Part shown: one piece after another, positions 1-15,014 of the stretch
How the letters are laid out: every line of letters starts with the position of its first letter
Numbering within the stretch: the first letter of the stretch is position 1
Origin: the human T2T-CHM13v2.0 reference genome, Homo sapiens
Direction: 5' to 3' (one strand)
DNA: 64,000 bases
NCBI RefSeq assembly: GCF_009914755.1
Contig: NC_060928.1
Translations under genes and position numbers: made by a program
Notes under the pieces: model-generated
Database searches by the model: none
Told to the model about the DNA's origin: nothing
What the model saw: the letters and a program-made list of their open reading frames with translations, nothing else

Positions 1-2714
1 ACAAAAGATACCTAGAATAAATAAGAACACTGCAAAACAAATTGCAGGTAAAGTTAAGAAGAATATTAACTTATTTATTAATTGAATAATAGTTGTAATG
101 GGGATAATTGAACAAGTAAAATATGAGTTTATATTTGCAGAGAAATGAGTTTGTATTTTATTGAGAGATTAAGCAATATCAGACAATGCTAATAAAAAGC
201 TATGACTTTTCTTTTGCTGTTAGAGATGAGGTGAAATCAGTCATGAGAAATGAATTATTAAATAAGTGTAAAAACAGGATTAAGGAAGAGTCATCCATAT
301 GGACACTGAAGTCACTCTGAATAATTTTTAAAAATATAGATGTTGAGTAACACAGTGAACCAGGTGTGCAAATTATCACTACATGAAGAAGATTGCCATA
401 TTAGTGTGAATTTTCAAGGCTGATAGTGTAAATAATACCAGATTAGTTGTTATTTTCTCAGCATTTTCATGGTATTTTATTTGCTGCTTTGGTAAAATAT
501 ATATTGTAATTATCATTGTTTACCTTTGGATTCTCTTTGTTCAAATGAATATGTTGAAATTTTTAGGTATGAATCTTGTTTATGGTTTATATTCTCTATA
601 GAATCAAATTATACATTGAAGCTGAAAGAACCAATTCTATAAAGCACATAAGGAAGAATTGTATATAATTTGAAAATATAAATAACCAAATGAAAATTAA
701 AATGTTAAATATTGACTGTTTTATACTTAAAAAGGTAGTTTGGCTTTTTTTAAAAAAAAAAAAAAAAGAAGCAATTTTAAGCTGCAGAACTACATAGGAC
801 ATCAAATTCCAGCATCATTTGCTTTGGGTTATTAATTCCAAACGTTAATAGGGACATTGATTTAGTAATATTCCTCATAAGAACAATGAAAACATCACCA
901 TCATTATGAAAAAATATAAGTTGCTGGGCAAGCTTACTTTGGAAATAAAACAGTGTTGAGGGCTCTCTTCAGCTATTTACCACGTAGCTCCATAAAAAAA
1001 GTCATGGTGACAAATGATTCAGGATAAACGAATGAATGGAAATTTTAAAATGTTTAAACACAGAGAACAGCTCTCCAGAGAACGAGTGTCTTTTATTGGG
1101 TGTAATCTTCCTTAGGAAAGAATGAGCTTCTCTTAACTTGACTGATGTTAAGTGAACAATTGAGTTCCATTTCTTTAGGAGCAATCTGAAATAATCACTT
1201 TCCCCTAGAAGACAGCTATATTGGAAGGTTTCTTATAAGCCCATCAGCTAATGGTTCTATACATTATTTCATACATTATATGGCATGTTTAAAAACCCCA
1301 AATTAATAACTAATTTTTATTGAACAACTCCTACTCAAAGGGAAATTTAATTGCAATTTTGTTAGCTTATTGTATATCAAAGAAAAATAGTATTTTGTTA
1401 ATGTTTAGATAATATAAATAGAAAAAATAATTATGGCTAACTCTATATCACAAAGAAAATTATGTCTTGTTGTTTAGGAAATTAATTTCTTTTTCCTCTT
1501 AACGTCTATGGGAAAAGTGAGTTGACTGGTCTTACTTTACAAGAAAAAAATTATAACTGAGAATACATTTGAATTTATATGAAGTTAACAGGACATTTAT
1601 AAGAAATAATTCAAATAGTATAGAGTAATGCTTACAGTGCATATTTCAAAATCTATAAAATTATATGATACCATAAACAGAACAAAATTGTAATAACCAG
1701 CCATCAAATTCAAGGTCATTATTTCCTCAGTGGAATGAGTACTTTTTAATATTCATACTCCTTCTGAAATTTTAAAATGCATTATGTATTACAAGTTCCC
1801 TGCTAAAAGATAGTTTGAGCAAAAATATAGAACATCAGCTCTCTCTTTAATGAATCAGGAGATAGTCCACATTTATACATATATACATAATGCATTTATA
1901 AATAAACCACTAGTGAAATTACTTATGTTATCATGCATGCTTTAAAAGAATTTCCAAAGTAAATATCAATTTACATTATCTAAAAACATACGCAACAAAT
2001 AATGCTTTACAAATACATATTAAAACAATGAACAAAACTATTAAGGTTGACATTTTTCCAATATTAGGTTTGCATATCTATATTTCTTTACAAAAGTAAT
2101 TTATACTTATGCATTTGATTAGAAGGAAGAAAACTAAGGTCATTTTCAGAAAACAAAATAAAACTTGAATTGGATTTTTGCTCAAAAATGTGTATAGAAT
2201 ATTGTTTACAGTCTGACAGTTTTATAATAAAAATATTATGTGTACTGGTTGCAGTTTTACCATTTATTAGCAAGTTGTCAATTGAGTGAAAGTTTGTAAG
2301 TTGTAATCATTAGACCGTTTTTATAAAGTAAGTAGAATAATATGGTTAAGATTGTAAGAATTGTTGTTTCTTTCACTGTTAGTCATCTCTGAGATGGGCT
2401 CAGAAGTACAATATTAAGATTGTTATGTGCATAGCTCTGTGGTTTTTGTTAATTTATATAAAAATATTACAATGGTTTTGGCAAAATACATAATTTTGGA
2501 AATTATTCCTTTATCAGTGAAGCACAACAAAAATGATGCAGGGACTAATTTCACAATTGAAGAGACTTTTGTTTTATTGCACATTCAGAAAATATGTTTT
2601 ATACAAATCGTGTTTCCTGTTGATTTTATTCAGTCTTGTGGTATATGTTATTACAATTTTGAAATTGAATTCTGTGTACTTTAAAATATGTATAAAATAT
2701 AAAAGAACAAATCG

Positions 2715-3490
2715 TGAAGTTGTGGAGAAAAAGCAACCCTGGTACATGATGGGTTGGAATGTAATTAGTATAGCCTTTAAGGAAAACAGTGTAAGTCTCC
2801 TCAAAAAATTAAAAATTGATCGACCTTATGATTCAGCAATCTTACCTCTGGGTATAGATTAAAAAACTGAAATCTATATGTTAGAAAGATATTGGCACTC
2901 TCATGCTTTTTGTACCATTATTCACAAAAGTTAAGATTTGAGACAAATCTAAGTGTTCATCAACAGATGAATGGTTTAAAAATTTGGTGTATATACACAA
3001 TCAAATTATATTTAGCCTTAAAAAAAGAATTAAATCTTGCCATTTGTGACAATATGGATTAACCTGGAGAGCATTATGATAAGTGAAATGGGTCAGACAC
3101 AGAAAGAAAATTATTGCACAATCTCATTTGCGAAATATAAAATAGTGAAGCTTACAGAGGCTGACAATATAATTGTGGGCACCAGGGCCTTGGAAAGAAA
3201 GGGGGATGAGAAGTTGTTAGCCAAAGCATACAAGTTTCAGTTAGATAGGGTGAATAAATTCTTGAGATCTATTGTTAAGCATGATGGCTATAATTGATAA
3301 TACTGTATTGTATAGTTGAAAATAGTTAAAGAGCAGATCTTAAATGTTCTTAACACACACAAACATAAATATGTGAGGTGACAGACATGTTTATTAGCTA
3401 ACCGTGGTAGTCATTTTACAATATATACTTAAAACATATGTATACATATACCATTTTCTACCATAAATATATACAATTTTAAACTTGCAA
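2715..3490 (+). mobile_element. Old L1 3' end (L1MA-type), 5'-truncated
   Basis: Degenerate ORF2 C-terminus (MPFVTIWINLESIMISEMGQTQK resembles MSFVGTWMKLEIIILSKLSQEQK of the young L1) followed by an L1MA-like 3'UTR (…agatcttaaatgttct…atgtgaggtga…). Boundaries approximate. Confidence 0.8.
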
Positions 3491-4579
3491 TTATAACAGA
3501 CATTCATAATAAATTCTTTTAATAGAATCTAAAGTAAATAAATAGTTATCTACAAAGTAGTGTCTAAAAAATTTATTCGATTGAAAAAAGAAGAAAGTTC
3601 ACATTATTTATTCAACTTAATTTTGTCAAACTAATATGTTAACATTTGGTACACTAAAATCTTTAGCAGAGATTAATTTCATTCATGTTATGAATATAAT
3701 CTGTCACTGAATATTTATGTTTTTCAAATGTTATTTCTGTTATTTATTAAGCAGGAACTATACACATATAAATCTATTATCTGTATCTTATAAAATCTTA
3801 TATATTTATGAATATTTTACAGTATGATATATAAATATGTAAAAATATATATTTTTATTTAAGATAGTAAAAATAGACTTTGATTTCTTAAAAATAGCAA
3901 ATGGAAGGTGAATGGGAGTCAAAGTCAGTTGTTTATTTATTTACTTTTAATGTTTAACTATATATACTGATCGAAATTTGAATACCTAAAGCATGGAAAC
4001 AAATCAGTGAATAAAACACATGAATAAAACCAAATATCTAAGAAGAAACCACTGTAAAAACAGAGCTATTCATAATTTTCTTTTAGAATATGATATTTGA
4101 AGCTGTTGTTTCAAAAGAATATTTTGTGAACTTATTGCAATTTAAACACTTTTATTTATTTTCAAAAAATAAAATAAATAGGAATATTTTGCCAAAAAAA
4201 TTCATTGAGCTTTGCCTTTATATATATATACACATATATTTTTTGAACATTTCTAATGTATTTTCTTAAAGATGCAAGTAGTGTAATGAATTTTATGCAC
4301 TTTCAATTGTAAATTAAAAGACATAGTATTATATTAATTTTTAAAAACCTATGTTAAAAAATCCTAGTTTGATGTATTTCAATATTATTTGATGGCATAC
4401 TATTTTAATGTATATATATATACATGTATCATAATATTAATTAATTTTAATAACTGCAGTTCTTTTCACTGAAGTAAAAATTAACATAATACTAAAGATT
4501 ATGAGAAGATAAAATTTAATGTGTTACCAACAAATGTATTTGGTAATATTATAAAGACTTGTTATTTTATGTAGTTTTT

Positions 4580-4676
4580 GTAATAATCCCTATGAGTTAG
4601 GCACTATTATTATTTACATTTTATAGATGAGGACACCGGTGCACTAAAATGATGAATAACTTTCCTAAGGCCACAT
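4580..4676 (-). mobile_element. MIR SINE fragment
   Basis: aatccctatgagttaggcactattattatttacattttatagatgaggacacc…ctaaggccaca matches the MIR core. Confidence 0.7.
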
Positions 4677-6028
4677 TGTTTGATTTTCTAATCTTATTTT
4701 TTGCTCTAGGGACAAATTTTTTTTAAGGCTAATTCCTTTTTGAAGTGTCACTCTTAAAAGATTATAAGATATGTATGGAAGGACAAAGTTGGATGCATAA
4801 CAAAACATGTCTCCCAATATTTTTGCCACTTAATAGGAAAGAACAAGATAGGAAAAAGAGTTTCAATATTAAGGTGTACACTTGGCATAACTGAAAGACA
4901 GAGCATATTAAACTACAAAATAACAGTGAGTAAAACTGAAATACCAACAAATTACTGTTTGCAGCATCTTGGGCTACCACTCCACAGCAGCACAGCTTCA
5001 GGAATTCATGAAAAGCAAATGTAGACAGAAAATCTGTAGAAGAGTAGACTACTAAAGGAATCTGAGCAGGATATTTAATAACCACCGAGAAGATTAAATT
5101 CACTCTAAACCCAAAAACACGGGAAAACTGTCTAGGCAAATTAGAGTATGGTCGACAGGACAGAGATTTCAAATTAGCCACTTGAAAAAGCACACTTTAA
5201 AGCTACAAGTGCTATTTAAAGAAGTCAGCTCAATTGTAAAGAGTTTTATGATTTAAAGGTTAGTTGTTGAAACACATAAATTATGTGTGCGGGAAAAATA
5301 GACAAAAATAAAACAAAAAAAACACCATTTAGCAATTGTGGAAGAAAAAAAAATAAGATATTGAGAGACAAAAGAAAGCCATAAATTGGGCATTCTCACA
5401 AAACCTCCCATATCCCCCAAACAAACTTAAACAATATATGTGTTAAAGTAATTGGGCTTTGTGCTTCTGACACAAGAGGGCACCATTAAACTAATAATTT
5501 TTGAAAAATTCTATCATTATAAAAATCAGTAAGAAAAAAGTAAAGTCCTTACACAGCAATTGCAGAACATCAGGAAATAACATCCCAAACATATAAAGGG
5601 AGAAAAAGTATTCACTAAAAACAACCCTAAAGAAGAAGAAAATGTAAGTCAACAGAACAGTTATACATAATCAATTTTCGAGGATGTAAAAACATGTTGA
5701 ATTCGAAATTCAAAAACTAAAAATAAAAAGTAGACAAAAATGAGTATTGAAGATAATTTATTGACATCAGAAAAGTAAAAGAAAACATAAAGTTAGAAAT
5801 CATAGTAAATTGTATAAGTCCCCAAAAGGAATAGATTCATATAAAATTAAATAAGGGACATTAAAATGCAGAAAAGCAACCAAGAGAAGAAAAAGGACCC
5901 CCCCCAAAATTTTTTTAAGTGGTTAGGTTTAGTATAAATGGAAAATTGGCAAAGACGCAAAAGTGTCTAAATTATCAGTTACTAAAGATAAAGATTTTTT
6001 AAATGCAAAAATATAAACAAATTACAGT

Positions 6029-6035
6029 ATGTGTG

Positions 6036-6066
<31 letters not shown>

Positions 6067-6093
6067 GTATATATAAATATATATATATATATA
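6029..6093. repeat. (TG)n(TA)n microsatellite
   Basis: Seen directly in the sequence. Confidence 0.95.
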
Positions 6094-6540
6094 ATTAGTC
6101 CATTTTCACACTGCTCTAAAGAACTACCTGAGAAAAGAGGTTTGATTGACTTGAAATTCTGCATGGTTACGGAATATATTTATATATATATATATATAAT
6201 TAGTCCATTTTCACACTGCTCTAAAGAACTACCTGAGAAAAGAGGTTTGATTGACTTGAAATTCTGCATGGCTACGGAGACCTCAAGAAACTTAAAATAA
6301 TGGTGGAAGGCAAAGGGAAGCAAGACATATCTTACCTGGTGACGGGAGAGAGAGCAAGATGGGGGAACTGCCACACACTTTTAAACTGTCATATCTCATG
6401 AGAACACACTCACTATGGAGAAACCGCATGGGATAAAACTGTCCCTATGATTCAATGACCTTCCACCAGGTCCCTCCCCTGACACGTGGGCATTACAATT
6501 GCAGATGAGATTTGGGTGGAGGCACAGAGTGAAACTATGT
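6094..6540 (-). mobile_element. MaLR solo LTR (MSTA/THE1D-like) with a 105-bp tandem duplication of one end
   Basis: attagtccattttcacactgct…gagatttgggtgg…aaactat is the reverse complement of a THE1/MST LTR; its first ~80 bp occur twice. Confidence 0.85.
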
Positions 6541-7791
6541 GAGTATATTCCAAGAAACTTTCCAGAAATAGAAACAACAGCAACAATCACATAATTCTGT
6601 TGATTTGAAAGTGGTTACTAGATACCTGAAAAAATTAACCAAGAAAAATTAACTTCAAATCATATTATAGTAAAAATATTACATTTCAAATAGAAAAAAT
6701 GTATGATGACATCCAGGGAACAAAGAAAATAAAATAACTTACAAAAGCAAAAGTAGCCGACACGCATGAGACTTTTTAAAACCAGGAGGCAAACGGAGGT
6801 AGCAATGAGGCAGTATTAAAAGAGTATGAATAAATGAAAGAAAATGTGAACCACAGATGTTACATGTACCTCATCTGTCTTTTAAATATTAATCTTTGAG
6901 AAAAAAATGTTTTCAGCACATTTCAGACTTAGGAAAGTCTTTCCCCTTTGGCTTTCTTGAAGAATCTGTTACAGGATAAGTATTATTCAACTAAGTAATG
7001 ACTTAAAAAGCTGGTAAGCATTTTAAAATAAATATATTTTGGCAATAGAAAAAAGAAAATGGAAAAGTTTATTTTTATATAAGCAAATGTGTATTATAGG
7101 ATATCACAATAAACTGATAAAGTAAGTCATTAAACATTTAAAGACATTAAAACATAAGTAAAAAGTAAAGAACTTGAAGAAATACAAAACTTTCTAAATA
7201 CAACAAGCAAATACACAAATAAAGAAAAAATACACATTTTTAGAAAATTAAATGTAGCAAATAAAAGTTTTAAAATGATAACATATTATTACAGAGTTGA
7301 GAAAAAAACTTATGATTCATAATAATAAGTTAGAATGAGCTTAACTCACCTGTTTAAAAAAAAAGATTTTTATTTTGACTCACAAAGAAGACATAATTAT
7401 ATGGCATATAAAAGACTCACTAAAAACAAAGAAAAAAGAAAAGGTACATAGAAAGTGTTTTTTTAAAAAAGGTGCTTCAGGTAACTGAAAACAAAAAAGA
7501 ATGCATAGTGATTCTTTTTTTTTTTTTTTTTTTTTTTTTTCACAGCTCATTGACTTATGGTCTTTAATGAGGAAGCCACAATGGAGCAATTATTTCACTG
7601 ATAACACATTTATTATTGCTCTAATTTCCTCCTTAGCTCTGTTAACTGTATTATTAAATAAATAGCAATACTCACAATTTCTTTTAAAATGCAACTAACT
7701 GCTATGTAAAGAACAGTGAAGTAAAATATATTTATAAAAAATGAATATTTGTTTACTTTTTTTTGTATTCTACTAAAAGACACATAGAAAC

Positions 7792-8335
7792 TGTAGGAGT
7801 CAAAAAAAAGAAAAAAAAACACCTCTTTGTTCTCTAAAGGTTTGTTGAAAAATCAATTCACACAAGGCAAATTAATTAAAGAAAAACAATATAAAATTTA
7901 TTAACATGTACACAGGTAACCTCAACGTGAGATTACTTAACCCTCAGTAAGGTGCAGAACCTTATATACCATCTTGGGATAACAAAAATAATTAGGGACT
8001 TGGATTATGGCATAATATGTTATGGCAGCAAAACAGGTAATGGCAGACAGGGGGTATTAGGCCTGGCTAGCAAAAGGGGTCTTGTTATATAAATGAAATC
8101 TCACAGGTGGCAACCTTCAGAAATAATATATAATATATGTTTCTTTCATCTCCTTTAATCTTTCCTAGATCTAGGTGAGGGAAGCCCTGGCTACATCAGT
8201 GCACATTCTCTATAGATGAAAATTTCTCCCATGAAAGGTAGCTTTGTCAGGCTACTCCTGTTTGTTGCCTCTCTAAGAGCCATCTCAAAATATGTCAAAA
8301 AAATATATATTGGGGTAAAATATTTTTATATTTTA
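7792..8335 (-). mobile_element. ERV1 MER4-group LTR (MER39/MER34/LTR49-like), probable 3' LTR
   Basis: Ends in gccatctcaaaatatgtcaaa…tggggtaaaatattt, the reverse complement of the typical start of this LTR group. Minus-strand AATAAA at 7897-7902; purine tract (minus strand) next to it at ~8340-8348. Confidence 0.65.
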
Positions 8336-9200
8336 AGAAACCCACTCTGAAACTATAAAAAGTTTCACATATTAAAAACCAAGTTAATAGATTTGGAGAA
8401 GGCTAAATGTTGTAAGATAGAGACAGACAAAGGAGTGAAAAAACAAGTTGGAATAGGTGAAAGAATAAATTTAAAGATTTCACCCCATATCTTTTTGAGC
8501 CAGTCTCTTAGCCCAAAGAATAGATCAGTTCAGTTAAACAGCTGTATCTCATTTCAAGAGATGACACTTCCAACGGGGTAGACCTCCATAAATGATATAG
8601 GCAAACAGATCATTAATAAAAGTCATTTCTATGGAAACAGAAGTAAAACAAAGGTTAAAGTCTGTAGTGGTCTATAAACTAGCTTTTCTGGAGTCTCTGA
8701 AGCATCTTCGGATTGCAGTGGCAATCTGATAGATTTTTCTGTATTACAATTAGTATTAGGAGTACACATGAACATTCTGACTAGACCATACATCAGCAGA
8801 CATGAAGACTGTTTATGTAGAAGTTGCTGTGATTTCTTCCGAAGTTTATTTAATTTGTGTAACTTCAGTTTGCAGGGCTTTACAAAAAGCATAGTTTCTA
8901 TTTCTAGTGCTTTCAAGTCAGAAAAATGGAATAAAAAAGTTGAAAATGTTAGTTTTTGGACTTGTAGCTCAGAAAAAATTCAAAATACAATTTAAATTGT
9001 ATGAAAATAATACAACCATAATAGGACCAATGTATTAGCAAAATGAGTTCTACAAAAGAAGTAACCTGATTATTTGCATAAAGTTCAGAAAGAATAGTAG
9101 TTGTCTATGCAGTTTCTCTTTAAATTATCTTTACTATAACTTTTTTATAGGGAGACTAATATTAGACTTTTAAAATCCTCAAGGATAAGAAGCCAAGCAA

Positions 9201-10107
9201 GGGGGAGGAGCCAAGATGGCCGAATAGGAACAGCTCCAGTCTACAGCTCCCAGCGTGAGCAACGCAGAAGACGGGTGATTTCTGCATTTCCATCTGAGGT
9301 ACTGGGTTCATCTCCCTAGGGAGTGCCAGACAGTGGGCGCAGGTCAGTGGGTGTGTGCACCGTGCGCCAGCCGAAGCAGGGCGAGGGATTGCCTCACTTG
9401 GGAAGCACAAGTGGTCAGGGAATTCCCTTTCTGAGTCAAAGAAAGGGGTGACGGACAGCACCTGGAAAATCGGGTCACTCCCACCTGAATACTGCGCTTT
9501 TCTGACTGGCTTAAAAAACGGCGCACCACGAGATTATATCCCGCACCTGGCTCAGAGGGTCCTATGCCCACGGAGTCTCGCTGATTGCTAGCACAGCAGT
9601 CTGAGATCAAACTGCAAGGCAGCAGTGAGGCTGGGGGAGGGGCGCCCGCCATTGCCCAGGCTTGATTAGGTAAAAAAAGCAGCCGGGAATCTCGAACTGG
9701 GTGGAGCCCACCACAGCTCAAGGAGGCCTGCCTGCCTCTGTAGGCTCCACCTCTGGGGGCAGGGCACAGACAAACAAAAAGACAGCAGTAACCTCTGAAG
9801 ACTTAAATGTCCCTGTCTGACAGCTTTGAAGAGAGCAGTGGTTCTCCCAGCACGCAGCTGGAGATCTGAGAACAGGCAGACTGCCTCCTCAAGTGGGTCC
9901 CTGACCCCTGACCCCCGAGCAGCCTAACTGGGAGGCATCCCCCAGCAGGGGCACACTGACACCTCACACGGCAGTGTATTCCAACAGACCTGCAGCTGAG
10001 GGTCCTGTCTGTTAGAAGGAAAACTAACAAACAGAAAGGACATCCACACCAAAAACCCATCTGTACATCACCATCATCAAAGACCAAAAGTAGATAAAAC
10101 CACAAAG
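9201..10107 (+). promoter_or_regulatory. L1 5'UTR with sense and antisense promoters; YY1 site caagatggcc at 9212-9221
   Basis: Sequence matches the L1PA 5'UTR and many CpGs remain. Promoter function is established for the family, not shown for this copy. Confidence 0.8.
9344..9652 (-). CDS. ORF0: L1 ORF0-like antisense ORF, 102 aa (MAGAPPPASLLPCSLISDCCASNQRDSV…)
   Basis: ATG at 9652-9650; the N-terminal ~65 aa match primate L1 ORF0; the frame is open to a stop at 9346-9344. Expression unknown. Confidence 0.6.
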   Translation of the reverse strand: MAGAPPPASLLPCSLISDCCASNQRDSVGIGPSEPGAGYNLVVRRFLSQSEKRSIQVGVTRFSRCCPSPLSLTQKGNSLTTCASQVRQSLALLRLAHGAHTH

Positions 10108-11124
10108 ATGGGGAAAAAACAGAACAGAAAAACTGGAAACTCTAAAAAGCAGAGTGCCTCTCCTCCTCCAAAGGAACGCAGTTCCTCAACAGCAAGGGAA
10201 CAAAGCAGGATGGAGAATGACTTTGACGAGCTGAGAGAAGAAGGCTTCAGACGATCAAATTACTCTGAGCTACGGGAGGACATTCAAACCAAAGGCAAAG
10301 AAGTTGAAAACTTTGAAAAAAATTTAGAAGAATGTATAACTAGAATAACCAATACAGAGCAGTGCTTAAAGGAGCTGATGGAGCTGAAAACCAAGGCTTG
10401 AGAACTACGTGAAGAATGCAGAAGCCTCAGGAGCCGATGCAATCAACTGGAAGAAAGGGTATCAGCAATGGAAGATGAAATGAATGAAATGAAACGAGAA
10501 GGGAAGTTTAGAGAAAAATGAATAAAAAGAAATGAGCAAAGCCTCCAAGAAATATGGGACTATGTGAAAAGACCAAATCTACGTCTGACTGGTGTACCTG
10601 AAAGTGATGGGGAGAATGGAACCAAGTTGGAAAACACGCTGCAGGATATTATCCAGGAGAACTTCCCCAATCTAGCAAGGCAGGCCAACGTTCAGATTCA
10701 GGAAATACAGAGAACGCCACAAAGATACTCCTCGAGAAGAGCAACTCCAAGACACATAATTGTCAGATTCACCGAAGTTGAAATGAAGGAAAAAATGTTA
10801 AGGGCAGCCAGAGAGAAAGGTCGGGTTACCCACAAAGGGAAGCCCATCAGACTAACAGTGGATCTCTCGGCAGAAACCCTACAAGCCAGAAGAGAGTGGG
10901 GGCAAATATTCAACATTCTTAAAGAAAAGAATTTTCAACCCAGAATTTCATATCCAGCCAAACTAAGCTTCATAAGTGAAGGAGAAATAAAATCCTTTAC
11001 AGACAAGCAAATGCTGAGAGATTTTGTCACCACCAGGCCTGCCTTACAAGACCTCCTGAAGGAAGCACTAAACATGGAAAGGAACAACTGGTACCAGCAG
11101 CTGCAAAATCATGCCAAAATGTAA
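10108..11124 (+). pseudogene. ORF1: L1 ORF1p (RNA-binding chaperone), disrupted
   Basis: MGKKQNRKTGNSK…NHAKM with in-frame TGA stops at 10399-10401 and 10519-10521. Confidence 0.95.
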
Positions 11125-11187
11125 AGACCATCGAGACTAGGAATAAACTGCACCAACTAACGAGCAAAATAACCAGCTAACATCATC

Positions 11188-15014
<3,827 letters not shown>

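Larger units (their letters stand above)
4850..7514 (+). mobile_element. Highly degraded old L1 (L1M) ORF1 / ORF2-start region, interrupted by a MaLR LTR
   Basis: Strong A-rich strand bias; near 7330-7500 the sequence resembles the L1 endonuclease N-terminus (aatgagcttaactcacctgtttaaaa…). Boundaries are uncertain. Confidence 0.4.

Noticed and set aside
4762-5193. 143-aa hydrophobic minus-strand ORF
   Set aside because: It is the antisense frame of A-rich degraded L1-like DNA, has a non-ATG start and shows no motif.
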